Made by a program: the position numbers and the translations under genes. Positions 39,904 through 47,911 of a stretch of DNA of 64,000 bases are shown here, piece after piece. Origin of the DNA: Thermoanaerobaculia bacterium (GTDB lineage: Bacteria; Acidobacteriota; Thermoanaerobaculia; UBA5066); the NCBI GenBank assembly GCA_963719225.1, contig CAVRAY010000002.1, positions 480,001 to 544,000 on the forward strand. The letters run 5' to 3'. The first letter of the stretch is position 1. Each line of letters starts with the position of its first letter. The notes under the pieces were generated by a model. That model was given only the letters and a program-made list of their open reading frames with translations. It made no database searches and was not told where the DNA came from.

Positions 39904-41640
39904 ATGAAGTGGGCCCTCCGGCTCGCCTTCGCAATCGGCCTCGCGCTGGCGCCGCGGGCCTGGGCCGGAGACACGTTCGAGGCGATCCTGGTCGGCTCCA
40001 ACGAGGTTCCCGGCCCCGGGATCTCCGAAGGCAGCTTCGATGCGGTCGTGGTCCTCGAGGGGACGAAAGTCACCCTGACCCTGACGCCGAAGGGGATCAG
40101 GGGCTGGATGTCCGCACACATCCACAAGGGAGCCGCGGGCGTCGACGGCAAGCTGGTAACGGAGTTTCCCTGGGAATCGGGCGACGGCTCGCCGCGCCGG
40201 TACGTCGGCTCGGTCTCCGAAAAGGTCGCAGTCGACATGGCCGCGAATCCCGGGAAGTACTACGTGCACGTCCATCTCCCGAACTTTCCGGCCGGGGGAG
40301 CTCGAGGGCAGCTCGCCGCGCACCCGAACACGGAGCCTACCCAGCCCCCGTTGCTCGCGCAGGTCCAGGCAATGGGGCAGCGCCCTCTCCCGCCTGGACC
40401 GGGGATTTCGCGGGCCTTCCCGGGTCCCGGCGTAGGCGGGACCGAGTCGGTGGCGTACGCGTCTCGTCCGCAATTCCGGTCTCCCTCAGCGTCGACTTAC
40501 GCGTTCTTCTTTAACCGCCTCGCGGACCTCGACGAGGCCGCCGGCGACGACGAAGCAGCGGGCCTCGACCCCAACGCTGCTGAAAAGCGCCAGCGCGAAA
40601 CGCGAGCCGCGGGGCTCACGGAAAGGGAAGGGACGATCCTGAAAGAGGTCGCGTTCGACTGCAACCGGGCTCTCGCGCCTTTGGAAGCGAAGCTTCAGGC
40701 ATCGAGGGATGGTGGCCTCTGGCAGGAAGCAAGTCGGCTTTGGGACGAGAGAAGCCGCATCGCCGAACCGTACGTCGTTCGCCTGCGGGCACGCCTCGGC
40801 GAAGCCGCCTTCGCGAATCTCGACACCTACGTCGGAGACCACTTCGGGGCGATGCCGGACCCGCCGCAGACGCCCGTGCCCGCCTCGAGACGCGCCCAGA
40901 CCATCAACTTCTTACCCGCGAGGTCCAGGGTCTACCGGGACGGTGACTTCAGGCTGGACGCCTCCGCGAGCTCGGGGCTCCGCGTCTTCTTCACCGGGTC
41001 CGGCGACTGCACGGTGTACGGCTCGACCGTCCACATCCTCTCGGCCGGCAAGTGCTGGGTGACCGCGCACCAGCCCGGCGACGCGCGATTCGAAGCGGCG
41101 CCGGACGTCGACCAGCTGATTCCGATCGCGAAAGCGGGCCAGGGGATCGCCGGCGCCCCGCCGGAATTCAAGACGTACCTCGATCCCGACTTCCCGCTCG
41201 ATATGTCCGCGACGTCTGGGCTTTCCGTCGTCTTCTTCGCCTGGGGCGATTGCGCCGTCAACGGGCCTTACATCCACATCACCGGAGCGGGCAGCTGCTC
41301 GCTGACGGCGCACCAGCCCGGCGACTCGAACTACCTGGCGGCACGCATCGTCGACGGACAGTTCCCGATCGCCAAGGCCGACCAGACGATCGACTTTTCG
41401 GATCCCCCGAATCCGTACTACGGCAACGTCGACTTCCAGCTTTACGCGCGCGCCTCCTCGGGCCTGCCGGTCGTCTTCAGCGCTTCGGGCGTGTGCACGA
41501 TGGCCGCTACCTCCTCGATACACGTCATCGACTCGGGAGAGTGCTCGGTGACCGTGGACCAGGCGGGCGACAGGAACTTCAACGCGGCACCCTCCGTGAA
41601 GAAAACGTTCCAGATCGTCGTCCCGCCCCCGCCGACCTAG
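39904..41640 (+). CDS. Secreted CHRD-domain protein with three C-terminal Ig-like repeats
   Basis: Signal peptide; GSNEVP, AHIHKG, YVHVH..FPAG..RGQL; three ~80-aa Q.I....(A)SSGL.V...C...C...Q.GD..AA repeats. Confidence 0.82.
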   Translation: MKWALRLAFAIGLALAPRAWAGDTFEAILVGSNEVPGPGISEGSFDAVVVLEGTKVTLTLTPKGIRGWMSAHIHKGAAGVDGKLVTEFPWESGDGSPRRYVGSVSEKVAVDMAANPGKYYVHVHLPNFPAGGARGQLAAHPNTEPTQPPLLAQVQAMGQRPLPPGPGISRAFPGPGVGGTESVAYASRPQFRSPSASTYAFFFNRLADLDEAAGDDEAAGLDPNAAEKRQRETRAAGLTEREGTILKEVAFDCNRALAPLEAKLQASRDGGLWQEASRLWDERSRIAEPYVVRLRARLGEAAFANLDTYVGDHFGAMPDPPQTPVPASRRAQTINFLPARSRVYRDGDFRLDASASSGLRVFFTGSGDCTVYGSTVHILSAGKCWVTAHQPGDARFEAAPDVDQLIPIAKAGQGIAGAPPEFKTYLDPDFPLDMSATSGLSVVFFAWGDCAVNGPYIHITGAGSCSLTAHQPGDSNYLAARIVDGQFPIAKADQTIDFSDPPNPYYGNVDFQLYARASSGLPVVFSASGVCTMAATSSIHVIDSGECSVTVDQAGDRNFNAAPSVKKTFQIVVPPPPT

Positions 41641-41688
41641 GCTTACCGCGACTTGCGTGTTAGCCATGAGTCAGTATTTAATACATAC

Positions 41689-41934
41689 ATGAAGCGCAAG
41701 CTCGTCCAGGCCGGCAGCTCTCTCGCCGTGACGCTCCCCGCGGAGGTCGTCCACGCCTTCGGCCTCGAAAAAGGCCAGGAGGTGGACGTCACGGTTCATC
41801 CCGTCAGCGGCGCCGTCATCGTGCGTGCCGGCACCGCGCACTACGAGGACGGCGAGGTCACGCCCCGATTCCGTCGGACCGTCGCCTCTCTCCTGAAAAG
41901 GCGCGCTTCGGTCTACCGAGCCCTCGCGAAGTGA
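41689..41934 (+). CDS. AbrB/MazE-type antitoxin
   Basis: KLVQAGSSLAVTLP...GLEKGQEV; GTGA overlap with doc; GTATT-T-AATAC palindrome at 41674-41684. Confidence 0.88.
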   Translation: MKRKLVQAGSSLAVTLPAEVVHAFGLEKGQEVDVTVHPVSGAVIVRAGTAHYEDGEVTPRFRRTVASLLKRRASVYRALAK

Positions 41935-42323
41935 TCGTCACCCTCTCGGCGGGCCAGCTCGTCGCCCTTCACGGCGAGTTGATGAAGGCCTTCGGCGGGC
42001 GCCGGGGCCTGCGGGACCGCGGAGCCCTCGAGGCAGCCGCCGCGCGACCGGGCATGACGTTCGACGGTGAGGATCTCTATCCCGACCTCGCCGCGAAGGC
42101 GGCGGCGCTCATGCACTCGCTCGTCGTGAACCACGGCTTCGTGGACGGGAACAAGCGCGTCGGCGCGGCGGCGGCCGAGCTCGTGGTGGAGGTCAACGGC
42201 TACCGCCTCCGGGCGGAGGACTCCGACCTCGAGAAGATCACGTTCTCCGTGGCCCGGGGCGAGCTGTCCGCCGAAGCGCTCGCAATCTGGTTTCGCCAGA
42301 GGCTCGAGCCTGCCGAGGAGTGA
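41931..42323 (+). CDS. doc: Death-on-curing (Doc) toxin
   Basis: GLRDRGALEAAAARP, NHGFVDGNKR. Confidence 0.92.
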   Translation: MIVTLSAGQLVALHGELMKAFGGRRGLRDRGALEAAAARPGMTFDGEDLYPDLAAKAAALMHSLVVNHGFVDGNKRVGAAAAELVVEVNGYRLRAEDSDLEKITFSVARGELSAEALAIWFRQRLEPAEE

Positions 42324-42332
42324 CGGACTCTG

Positions 42333-42380
42333 TTACTGCGCGACCTTCCGTCCCGAGAGGAGCGGCAGCTTCTCCGTCAA
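42333..42380 (-). pseudogene. 15-codon HicA toxin stub
   Basis: TTG overlapping the hicB stop; (M)TEKLPLLSGRKVAQ* matches the HicA N-terminal KLP..SG..V pattern. Confidence 0.65.
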
Positions 42381-42583
42381 ACGGAGATGTCCACCTGGTG
42401 GACGGCGACGGTCAGCGGCATTCCCTTCTCGGTTCTGACCTCGAGGCACTCGCGGATGGCGTTCTCGATGTTCTTCAGGGCCTCCGTCTCGGTGACGCCC
42501 TGGCTGACACACCCGGGAATCGCCGGACACTCGGCGACGAAGAACCCGTCCTCATCGCGGTCGACGGTCACGACAAACTTCAT
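42377..42583 (-). CDS. hicB: HicB family antitoxin
   Basis: DEDGFFVAECPAIPGCVSQG.T..EAL.NI..AI. Confidence 0.9.
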   Translation of the reverse strand: MKFVVTVDRDEDGFFVAECPAIPGCVSQGVTETEALKNIENAIRECLEVRTEKGMPLTVAVHQVDISV

Positions 42584-42589
42584 ACGGTA

Positions 42590-42646
42590 GACCCTCAGCA
42601 ACTCCGAAACGGCGGGGGAGAGAGCGTTATCGACGAAAAACTTCAC
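42590..42646 (-). pseudogene. Approximately 18-codon DUF5615 PIN-like toxin stub, in frame with hicB
   Basis: MKFFVDNALSPAVSELLR follows DUF433 with a GTGA overlap, then the sequence switches to hicB. Confidence 0.7.
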
Positions 42647-42873
42647 GCACCGACCGACAGCGGGAGCTCGCGCTCCCGAACCGCTTCGGCGGCATACCGC
42701 AGGGCCTCACGGACATCTTCCTCGACGAGATCCGGAAACGCCTTGAGAATCTCGGCGGTCGTCATCCCGTCCGCCACCATCCCTACGACCGTGGCTACCG
42801 GGATCCGCAAGCCACGGATGGTCGGAACTCCACCCATCTGGTCGGAATTGACGGTGATGCGAGCGAACGTCAC
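42643..42873 (-). CDS. DUF433 antitoxin
   Basis: RIT...MGGVPTIRGLRIPV...EIL..FPDL..EDVREALRYAA; AAGGAG RBS. Confidence 0.92.
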   Translation of the reverse strand: MTFARITVNSDQMGGVPTIRGLRIPVATVVGMVADGMTTAEILKAFPDLVEEDVREALRYAAEAVRERELPLSVGA

Positions 42874-42946
42874 GGCGGTTCTCCTTACGACGTTCATTCT
42901 AGCTCCCACCCTAGCCGCAATCAGCTCGATGCGCGCAGGTCCACCG

Positions 42947-42965
42947 ATATCAGATCTGATATACT
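42947..42965. promoter_or_regulatory. TA operator overlapping the -10 box
   Basis: Perfect 16-bp palindrome ATATCAGATCTGATAT overlapping TATACT, six nt before GTG 42972. Confidence 0.7.
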
Positions 42966-42971
42966 CGTTGC

Positions 42972-43309
42972 GTGGCGAAGGCGCTTCGGATTCTCCACGG
43001 CGTAATCAAGACGCCGCCGATGTCCATCGAAGCCAGGAGGGAGGTCGGCTTCCTTTTGCGGCAGCTACAGGAGGGAATCGCGCTTCCCTGCCAGCATCGC
43101 GGCCGATGCCGGAGATCGAGAGCAGATGTCACGAGCTTAGAGTCAAGGACGAGAGTCATGACTGGAGAGTCGTCTACGCGGTCGAGCGAGATGCAATCCT
43201 GATCCTCGAAGTCTTCGAAAAGGGCTCGAGGAAGACCCCGAGACAAGCAAAGGAAGTCTGTCGCAGGCGCGTCCGCGAATATCGGCGACTAATTCGGGAG
43301 GAAGAATGA
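42972..43309 (+). CDS. RelE/HigB (Gp49-like) toxin, frameshift near 43085
   Basis: KTPPMS.EARRE.GFLLRQLQEG / LP.SRPMP...CHELRV.D...WRVVY...ILEVFEK..KTP. Confidence 0.82.
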
Positions 43310-43680
43310 GCGAGAGCAAGGAAGCCAGGAGGTCCGCCCGGCTCGAGAAAGCCGGCTGGAAGACGTCTACGGTCCAGGAGTTTCTCGGGCTCTCGGACGA
43401 AGACATGGCGGTCATCGAAGTGAAGCTGGCGCTCGCGAAGCGGCTCCGTACGCAGAGGGCGCGCGCGGGCCTGAGCCAGGTCGAGGTGGCGAAGATCGTC
43501 CGGTCCAGCCAACCGCGAGTCGCGAAGATGGAAGCGGCCGATAAGACCGTTTCGATCGATCTTCTGGTGAAGGCGCTTGTGAAGACCGGGGTCTCAGTTC
43601 AGGATATCGGCAGATCGCTCGAGAAGATCACGAACGCGAAGGTGAAACCGAGACGCGGGCAACGTCTGGCCCACGCCTGA
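43306..43680 (+). CDS. XRE-family HTH antitoxin
   Basis: LEKAGWK...EFLGLS, GLSQVEVAK..SSQPRVAKMEA; ATGA overlap. Confidence 0.9.
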   Translation: MSESKEARRSARLEKAGWKTSTVQEFLGLSDEDMAVIEVKLALAKRLRTQRARAGLSQVEVAKIVRSSQPRVAKMEAADKTVSIDLLVKALVKTGVSVQDIGRSLEKITNAKVKPRRGQRLAHA

Positions 43681-43744
43681 AGGCCGGAATCGTTTGGCTA
43701 CGTCGACACCGACTCAAGCTCGTTGAGCCTGGGCGGCCCTCCGG

Positions 43745-44207
43745 TTACGGCTCTTCCAACAGCTTTCGCAGTAAATCCGGCCGAGCGCGGAAACTCGTCT
43801 TCTGAAGATCCGCGACCACCTTAGGAAGGTCGACAAGCTTGCGGCGGCCCGCGTCAACAAGAACGCCAAGTGTGCCGCTCAAGTGAAGCCCGCGAAGCGA
43901 CGCGACCGCCGGGAGCGAGGAGAAGGACATCTGGGTTCAACCGCTCGGCAAGAAGGATCGCGGAGCGCTCGCCTACGTGGAGACGAGCAAGCTCGGGCGG
44001 AGCGTTCGTGTCGTCCACCTCCGCCACCGTCAGCCAGTCAGGAGGCGTCGACATCCACCTCCGTATGGCCTCCGGGGCGCGCTTGTCGAGGAGTTCGTCT
44101 CGAACTTGCTCCGGAATCGAGATAGACGAGAACGTCTTTGGCAGAAGCTCGGACTGCCCTATCAGAATCAGGTATCCGAGCGGAGATGTATCCGAGACGG
44201 CCTTCAC
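43745..44207 (-). pseudogene. DUF3368 PIN-domain toxin with an internal deletion/frameshift near 43916
   Basis: VSDTSPL, IPEQVRDEL, LHVGERSAI, then LLL lacking the expected D(D/E); GTLGVL continues in another frame. Confidence 0.8.
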
Positions 44208-44470
44208 GAGGCCCGAAGGCGTCGAAGCACTTCAAGATCTCGGGTCAAATCTTCCTGGGTATAGTCGAGATGGACCATCGACCGCTTCAAGAAGGCTTCC
44301 GTGTCCCAGCGTGTCGACAGCCGCAGCAGTTCCTGAACCTCTGCCGCGGTGAGAGCACCGCCGCGGTAGGCCTCCACGGCAACGGCCTCGAGGGCCTTTC
44401 GAGGGACGTCGCCCCACTGCGCGCGAAGGCGCTGAACGAGGTCATCCGGGATGTCTATGGCGACTGTCAC
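44204..44470 (-). CDS. UPF0175 family antitoxin
   Basis: EAYRGGALT...LL.L.TRW....FL......Y..EDL..DL; GTGA overlap with the PIN gene. Confidence 0.85.
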   Translation of the reverse strand: MTVAIDIPDDLVQRLRAQWGDVPRKALEAVAVEAYRGGALTAAEVQELLRLSTRWDTEAFLKRSMVHLDYTQEDLTRDLEVLRRLRAS

Positions 44471-44615
44471 GCGTGCGATTCTCCCTGCGGCTCTTCTCGA
44501 ATCCGCCGGAATGAGTTTACAGGAAGGGTGATCCGCCGGCCGGGGCCGGACGGCAGACCATGAGCAAGTCCGGTAGCCCGCCTCGACCTCGGTGGCTGCT
44601 TGTCAGCTGCCCCCC

Positions 44616-44781
44616 TGTCCCAGACACTCCCCGACACATCTCAGACACATCCGCTCCTCGAACCCTCCCCGGACATCGCCTGTCCCAGCGCCTTCTCAAC
44701 CTTTGCATTCGGCGCTTTCCGCCACTTTTCGACTGATGCATTTGCATTTTTCCCGACACTTCCCGGACACGCCGTGTCCGG
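44616..44781. promoter_or_regulatory. Putative WYL operator region
   Basis: GGACA-N5-TGTCC at 44671-44685, CCGGACAC-GCC-GTGTCCGG at 44763-44781, extra GACAC half-sites at 44623, 44633, 44644, 44755. Confidence 0.6.
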
Positions 44782-44832
44782 ATGCCCCGCCAAACGCGGT
44801 GGACGCGGAATTGCAAGGCTCCCGACCCGCCC

Positions 44833-45873
44833 ATGCCCTTCAACGACCGGCCCTACTTCCGTAGGCTCCTGGACTTCGACGACCTCGTGCGCCGCGGGCG
44901 CCCCGTCACGTGCGAGTCCCTCGCCGGGCGCTGGGAGACGTCCACGAAGACCGTCCAGCGCTTCGTCGACCAGATCCGCGCCGACTTCGACGCCCCCGTC
45001 GTCTTCGACCGCAGGAAGCGCTCCTTCCGCTACGAGGACCCCGGCTGGCGCTTCCCGTTCCTCGACGTCTCCGGCGCCGACCTCTTCGCCATCGGCGTCG
45101 CCATGAAGGTCTTCCAGATCTACGACGGCACGCCCGTCCTCAAGGACCTCAGGGCCACCTTCGACCGCATCGCGCGCCTCCTGCCGGAATCGGTCCGCGT
45201 CCAGCCGTCGTCTCTCGTGGAAAAGCTCTGGGTCCACCCGCAGCCCGTGCGCGCCATCGCGCGCGACGTGTGGGCCGCCACCGCCAACGCCCTGCGCGAG
45301 AAGACCCAGCTCGAGATCGACTACCGAAAGCCCACGGGCCTCTCCTCGCGCCGCCTCGTCGAGCCGCTCGTCCTCGCCCACATGAACTGGGACTGGTTCC
45401 TCGCCGCGCGCGACCCCGAGGACGGCGTCATCAAGACCTTCTACCTGTCGCGTGTCCAAGGAGCCAAGAACACGAACTTCCACTTCACCCCGCCGAAGGA
45501 CTTCGACGCCGCCACGCACTTCGGCGACTCCATCGGCCTCTACGTCGGCGGCAAGCCCTTCCGCTTCAAGGTGCGCGTCGCGAAGGAGATCGCCCCCTGG
45601 ATCACCGAGGTGCGCTGGCACCCCGCGCAGAAGCTCGAGACCCTGAAGAACGGCGACGTCGTCCTCGACCTCCCGGCCGGCTCCCTCATCGAAGCCAAGC
45701 GCTTCGTCCTGTCGCTGGGGAGGTTCGGGAAGGCGCTGGGGCCGAAGGAGCTGGTGGAGGAGATGAGGAACGAGGTGGAGGAACTGGACCGGATCTATCT
45801 CCAGAGGTTAACCAGGACAAATACACGCCGACAGGCTGGAACTAGCCAGACATCGGCGGAGCAACCATGTTGA
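44833..45873 (+). CDS. HTH-WYL-WCX transcriptional regulator (YafY/PafB-like)
   Basis: wHTH SLAGRWETSTKTVQR, Y.KP...RRLVEP, WFLAA, KTFYLSRV, WHP.Q, C-terminal LSLG...LGPKEL. Confidence 0.92.
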   Translation: MPFNDRPYFRRLLDFDDLVRRGRPVTCESLAGRWETSTKTVQRFVDQIRADFDAPVVFDRRKRSFRYEDPGWRFPFLDVSGADLFAIGVAMKVFQIYDGTPVLKDLRATFDRIARLLPESVRVQPSSLVEKLWVHPQPVRAIARDVWAATANALREKTQLEIDYRKPTGLSSRRLVEPLVLAHMNWDWFLAARDPEDGVIKTFYLSRVQGAKNTNFHFTPPKDFDAATHFGDSIGLYVGGKPFRFKVRVAKEIAPWITEVRWHPAQKLETLKNGDVVLDLPAGSLIEAKRFVLSLGRFGKALGPKELVEEMRNEVEELDRIYLQRLTRTNTRRQAGTSQTSAEQPC

Positions 45874-45993
45874 GCTTTTCGGCAGAGATGAGCCGGTGGC
45901 CGCGTCAATGCAGCCTGGGGCTTCATCTCGAAAGAGCCGGCCAAACGTTGACCGGCATTTGCAGTCTTGCCTTCCCTAAAGAAAGGTCGCTTC

Positions 45994-46653
45994 ATGAAAC
46001 GCCCGTCGTTACTCGCCGCCCTCCTTCTTGCAGTCCCGTTTACGGGCTGCGCCTTTGGTAACCGCGACCTCAATCTAACGTATCCCCCGAATACGAAGGG
46101 CGCGTCCGCACAGCGCGCCTCTGCGGAGCCGCTTCCTACGGTAATGCTCATCGACTTCCTAGATCAACGTACCGAGAAGGCCGCGGTGGGAGCCATTCAC
46201 AACGGGTTTGGAGCCCATACCGCGGACGCAATTACTAAGAGTAACGTTGCTGATTGGGTAGTGAACGCGGTAACGCTCGAGCTTCAGGGTGCTGGCTTCA
46301 AGGTCGTTCGAGCACACTCTGTACCGAAGTACTCAGAGAACTCCGTAATTACTGGAGAGGTCCTTACCGTCTATTGCAATATGTATTCCAAGTACGAGGG
46401 CAACGTGTCCTTCTCTATTAGTGTTAGATACCAGGGGCGAGAGCTACTCCACAAGACGTATGACGGAAAAATCACTTACAAAAGCCATAGCACTAAATTC
46501 GGCCCGCAATTTGCCGAGGCTCTAAGCCAATCGCTAGAGGGTGCCGCTAAGGCGTTTACCGCGGAGCTTAGTCGAGATCTGCCGGCGGCGACGATAAACC
46601 CAGACCTTACGTCTACCCCGAGTACCAGCTTTGTCCCTTTGGGGGGTAAGTAG
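45994..46653 (+). CDS. Lipoprotein (YajG-like), lower GC
   Basis: Signal peptide with FTGC lipobox, FLDQR...VG, many A/T-ending codons. Confidence 0.75.
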   Translation: MKRPSLLAALLLAVPFTGCAFGNRDLNLTYPPNTKGASAQRASAEPLPTVMLIDFLDQRTEKAAVGAIHNGFGAHTADAITKSNVADWVVNAVTLELQGAGFKVVRAHSVPKYSENSVITGEVLTVYCNMYSKYEGNVSFSISVRYQGRELLHKTYDGKITYKSHSTKFGPQFAEALSQSLEGAAKAFTAELSRDLPAATINPDLTSTPSTSFVPLGGK

Positions 46654-46739
46654 AGGTTCTCTAACTGTTCGCGCCGCGCAGTCTTGTGTTGGCGGGGATG
46701 CCGCCTCCAGCCGCGGCGCGACCACCGTTCCTGAAGGCT

Positions 46740-46838
46740 CTGTCGCTCGGTAGGTTCGGGAAGGCGTTGGGGCCGAAGGAGTTGGTGGAGGAGATGAGGG
46801 AGGAGATCAGCCAGATGAGGAAGGACGGCGGGGCATGA
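46740..46838 (+). repeat. Displaced copy of the WYL gene 3' end
   Basis: 46740-46799 matches 45709-45768 at 56/60 nt with only synonymous changes, then EEISQMRKDGGA*. Confidence 0.92.
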
Positions 46839-47540
46839 AGCGGACGCCCAGGATTTATCTCGTAATGAGCAAGAGGGCGCGCCTCGCCTACGTAGGAAAG
46901 GGTGCGGACGGTCGAATCGATCATGAACACAGCGCGCCTTTCCAGCACGTCGTGCGACAGCGTGATGCGACGCAGTGGGAGTCCGCGCCGTTTTCCTCGG
47001 AGAAGGACGCTCTTATCGCTGAGGCGGCTGCGATTCGGATCCTCGGATGCGTCGGAACCAAAACGCGGCTACTCAATGTTCAGAAGTCTCATGAAAAGCG
47101 GTTCTTTCCGAGATACCCCATACCGTTTGTAGACGGCCGAGTCACGAAGGCCGCCCTTCCTCGAGAGATCGTCGTGACGCTTTGCCCCGACGTTCTCGAG
47201 GACGATCATCGCGCGGCACCCAATTCGCCGTGGAAGCCTGAGGAACTGGCCGAGCGCGCGAGAAAATTCTGGCGATTTCGGCCTTCGCGGGTGAAGGGAT
47301 GGGTCACGGGAAAGGGCGCCCCCAATGTCCTCATTGCGGTGGCAAAGGCGAGCGCAAGGATTCTCGGTGCTTTCGAAATCGATAACACCGGCTGGCTCTC
47401 GGATCCGGAGAATCGGAAGGTATTCCGAGCGATCCCGGCTGAAGAACCGCAACAAGCCGAACTTCAACGGTGTGCAGGGAATGGAATACATCGGAAATCG
47501 GCGAGGCGGAGCTGTGACATACGGCGTTGAAGTAGCGTGA
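46835..47540 (+). CDS. GIY-YIG (LEM-3-like) nuclease domain protein, probable frameshift near 47437
   Basis: IYLV...AYVGKG..RI..H, EKDALIAEAAAI, LLN; C-terminal domain with ARKFWR and ILGAFEI. Confidence 0.7.
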
Positions 47541-47584
47541 CTTCGGTGATCGAAGCCAAGCGGGGCGGCATGAGGCCGGTTCCT

Positions 47585-47613
47585 TTGACCGCGCCCTCGT
47601 TCCGGCCTACGAT
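47585..47613 (+). promoter_or_regulatory. Sigma70-type promoter (leaderless)
   Basis: TTGACC-N17-TACGAT, eight nt before ATG 47622. Confidence 0.65.
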
Positions 47614-47621
47614 TCGAGGTC

Positions 47622-47828
47622 ATGAGCGAAGTGATCTTCCTCGTGGAGGACGCGCTGGAAGGCGGCTACACGGCCAAGGCCGTGGGGGCGGCGATCTTCA
47701 CGCAGGCGAAAGACCTCGATGAGCTCCAGGAGCGCGTGCGCGACGCGGTTCGTTGCCATTTCGATGATGGCTCAGCTCCGAAGCTCATTCGGTTGCACTT
47801 CGTCAAAGACGTCGTCATCGCCGCATGA
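47622..47828 (+). CDS. HicB-like antitoxin
   Basis: EVIFLVE...EGGYTA.A....IFTQA....EL...VRDAV.CHF....PKLIRLHFV. Confidence 0.85.
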   Translation: MSEVIFLVEDALEGGYTAKAVGAAIFTQAKDLDELQERVRDAVRCHFDDGSAPKLIRLHFVKDVVIAA

Positions 47829-47880
47829 GGCTGCCGCGGGACTGTCTGGTCTCGATCTGGCGACGAGGCTCTTCTCCTAG
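47825..47880 (+). pseudogene. Approximately 18-codon HicA toxin stub
   Basis: ATGA overlap; MRLPRD(L)SGLDLATRL with a 1-nt loss, then TAG. Confidence 0.65.
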
Positions 47881-47911
47881 CGGACGTTGACTTGGTCGAG
47901 GGGCACCGCTA

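Noticed and set aside
42377-42646. Novel 89-aa PIN-HicB fusion protein
   Set aside because: Better explained as a truncated DUF5615 start lying in frame with an intact hicB that has its own ATG.
45805-46694. Integron cassette with attC sites around the lipoprotein
   Set aside because: GTTGAGC and CTCTAAC..GTTGGCG resemble R boxes, but the L boxes do not pair, the second site is too short, and there is no intI.
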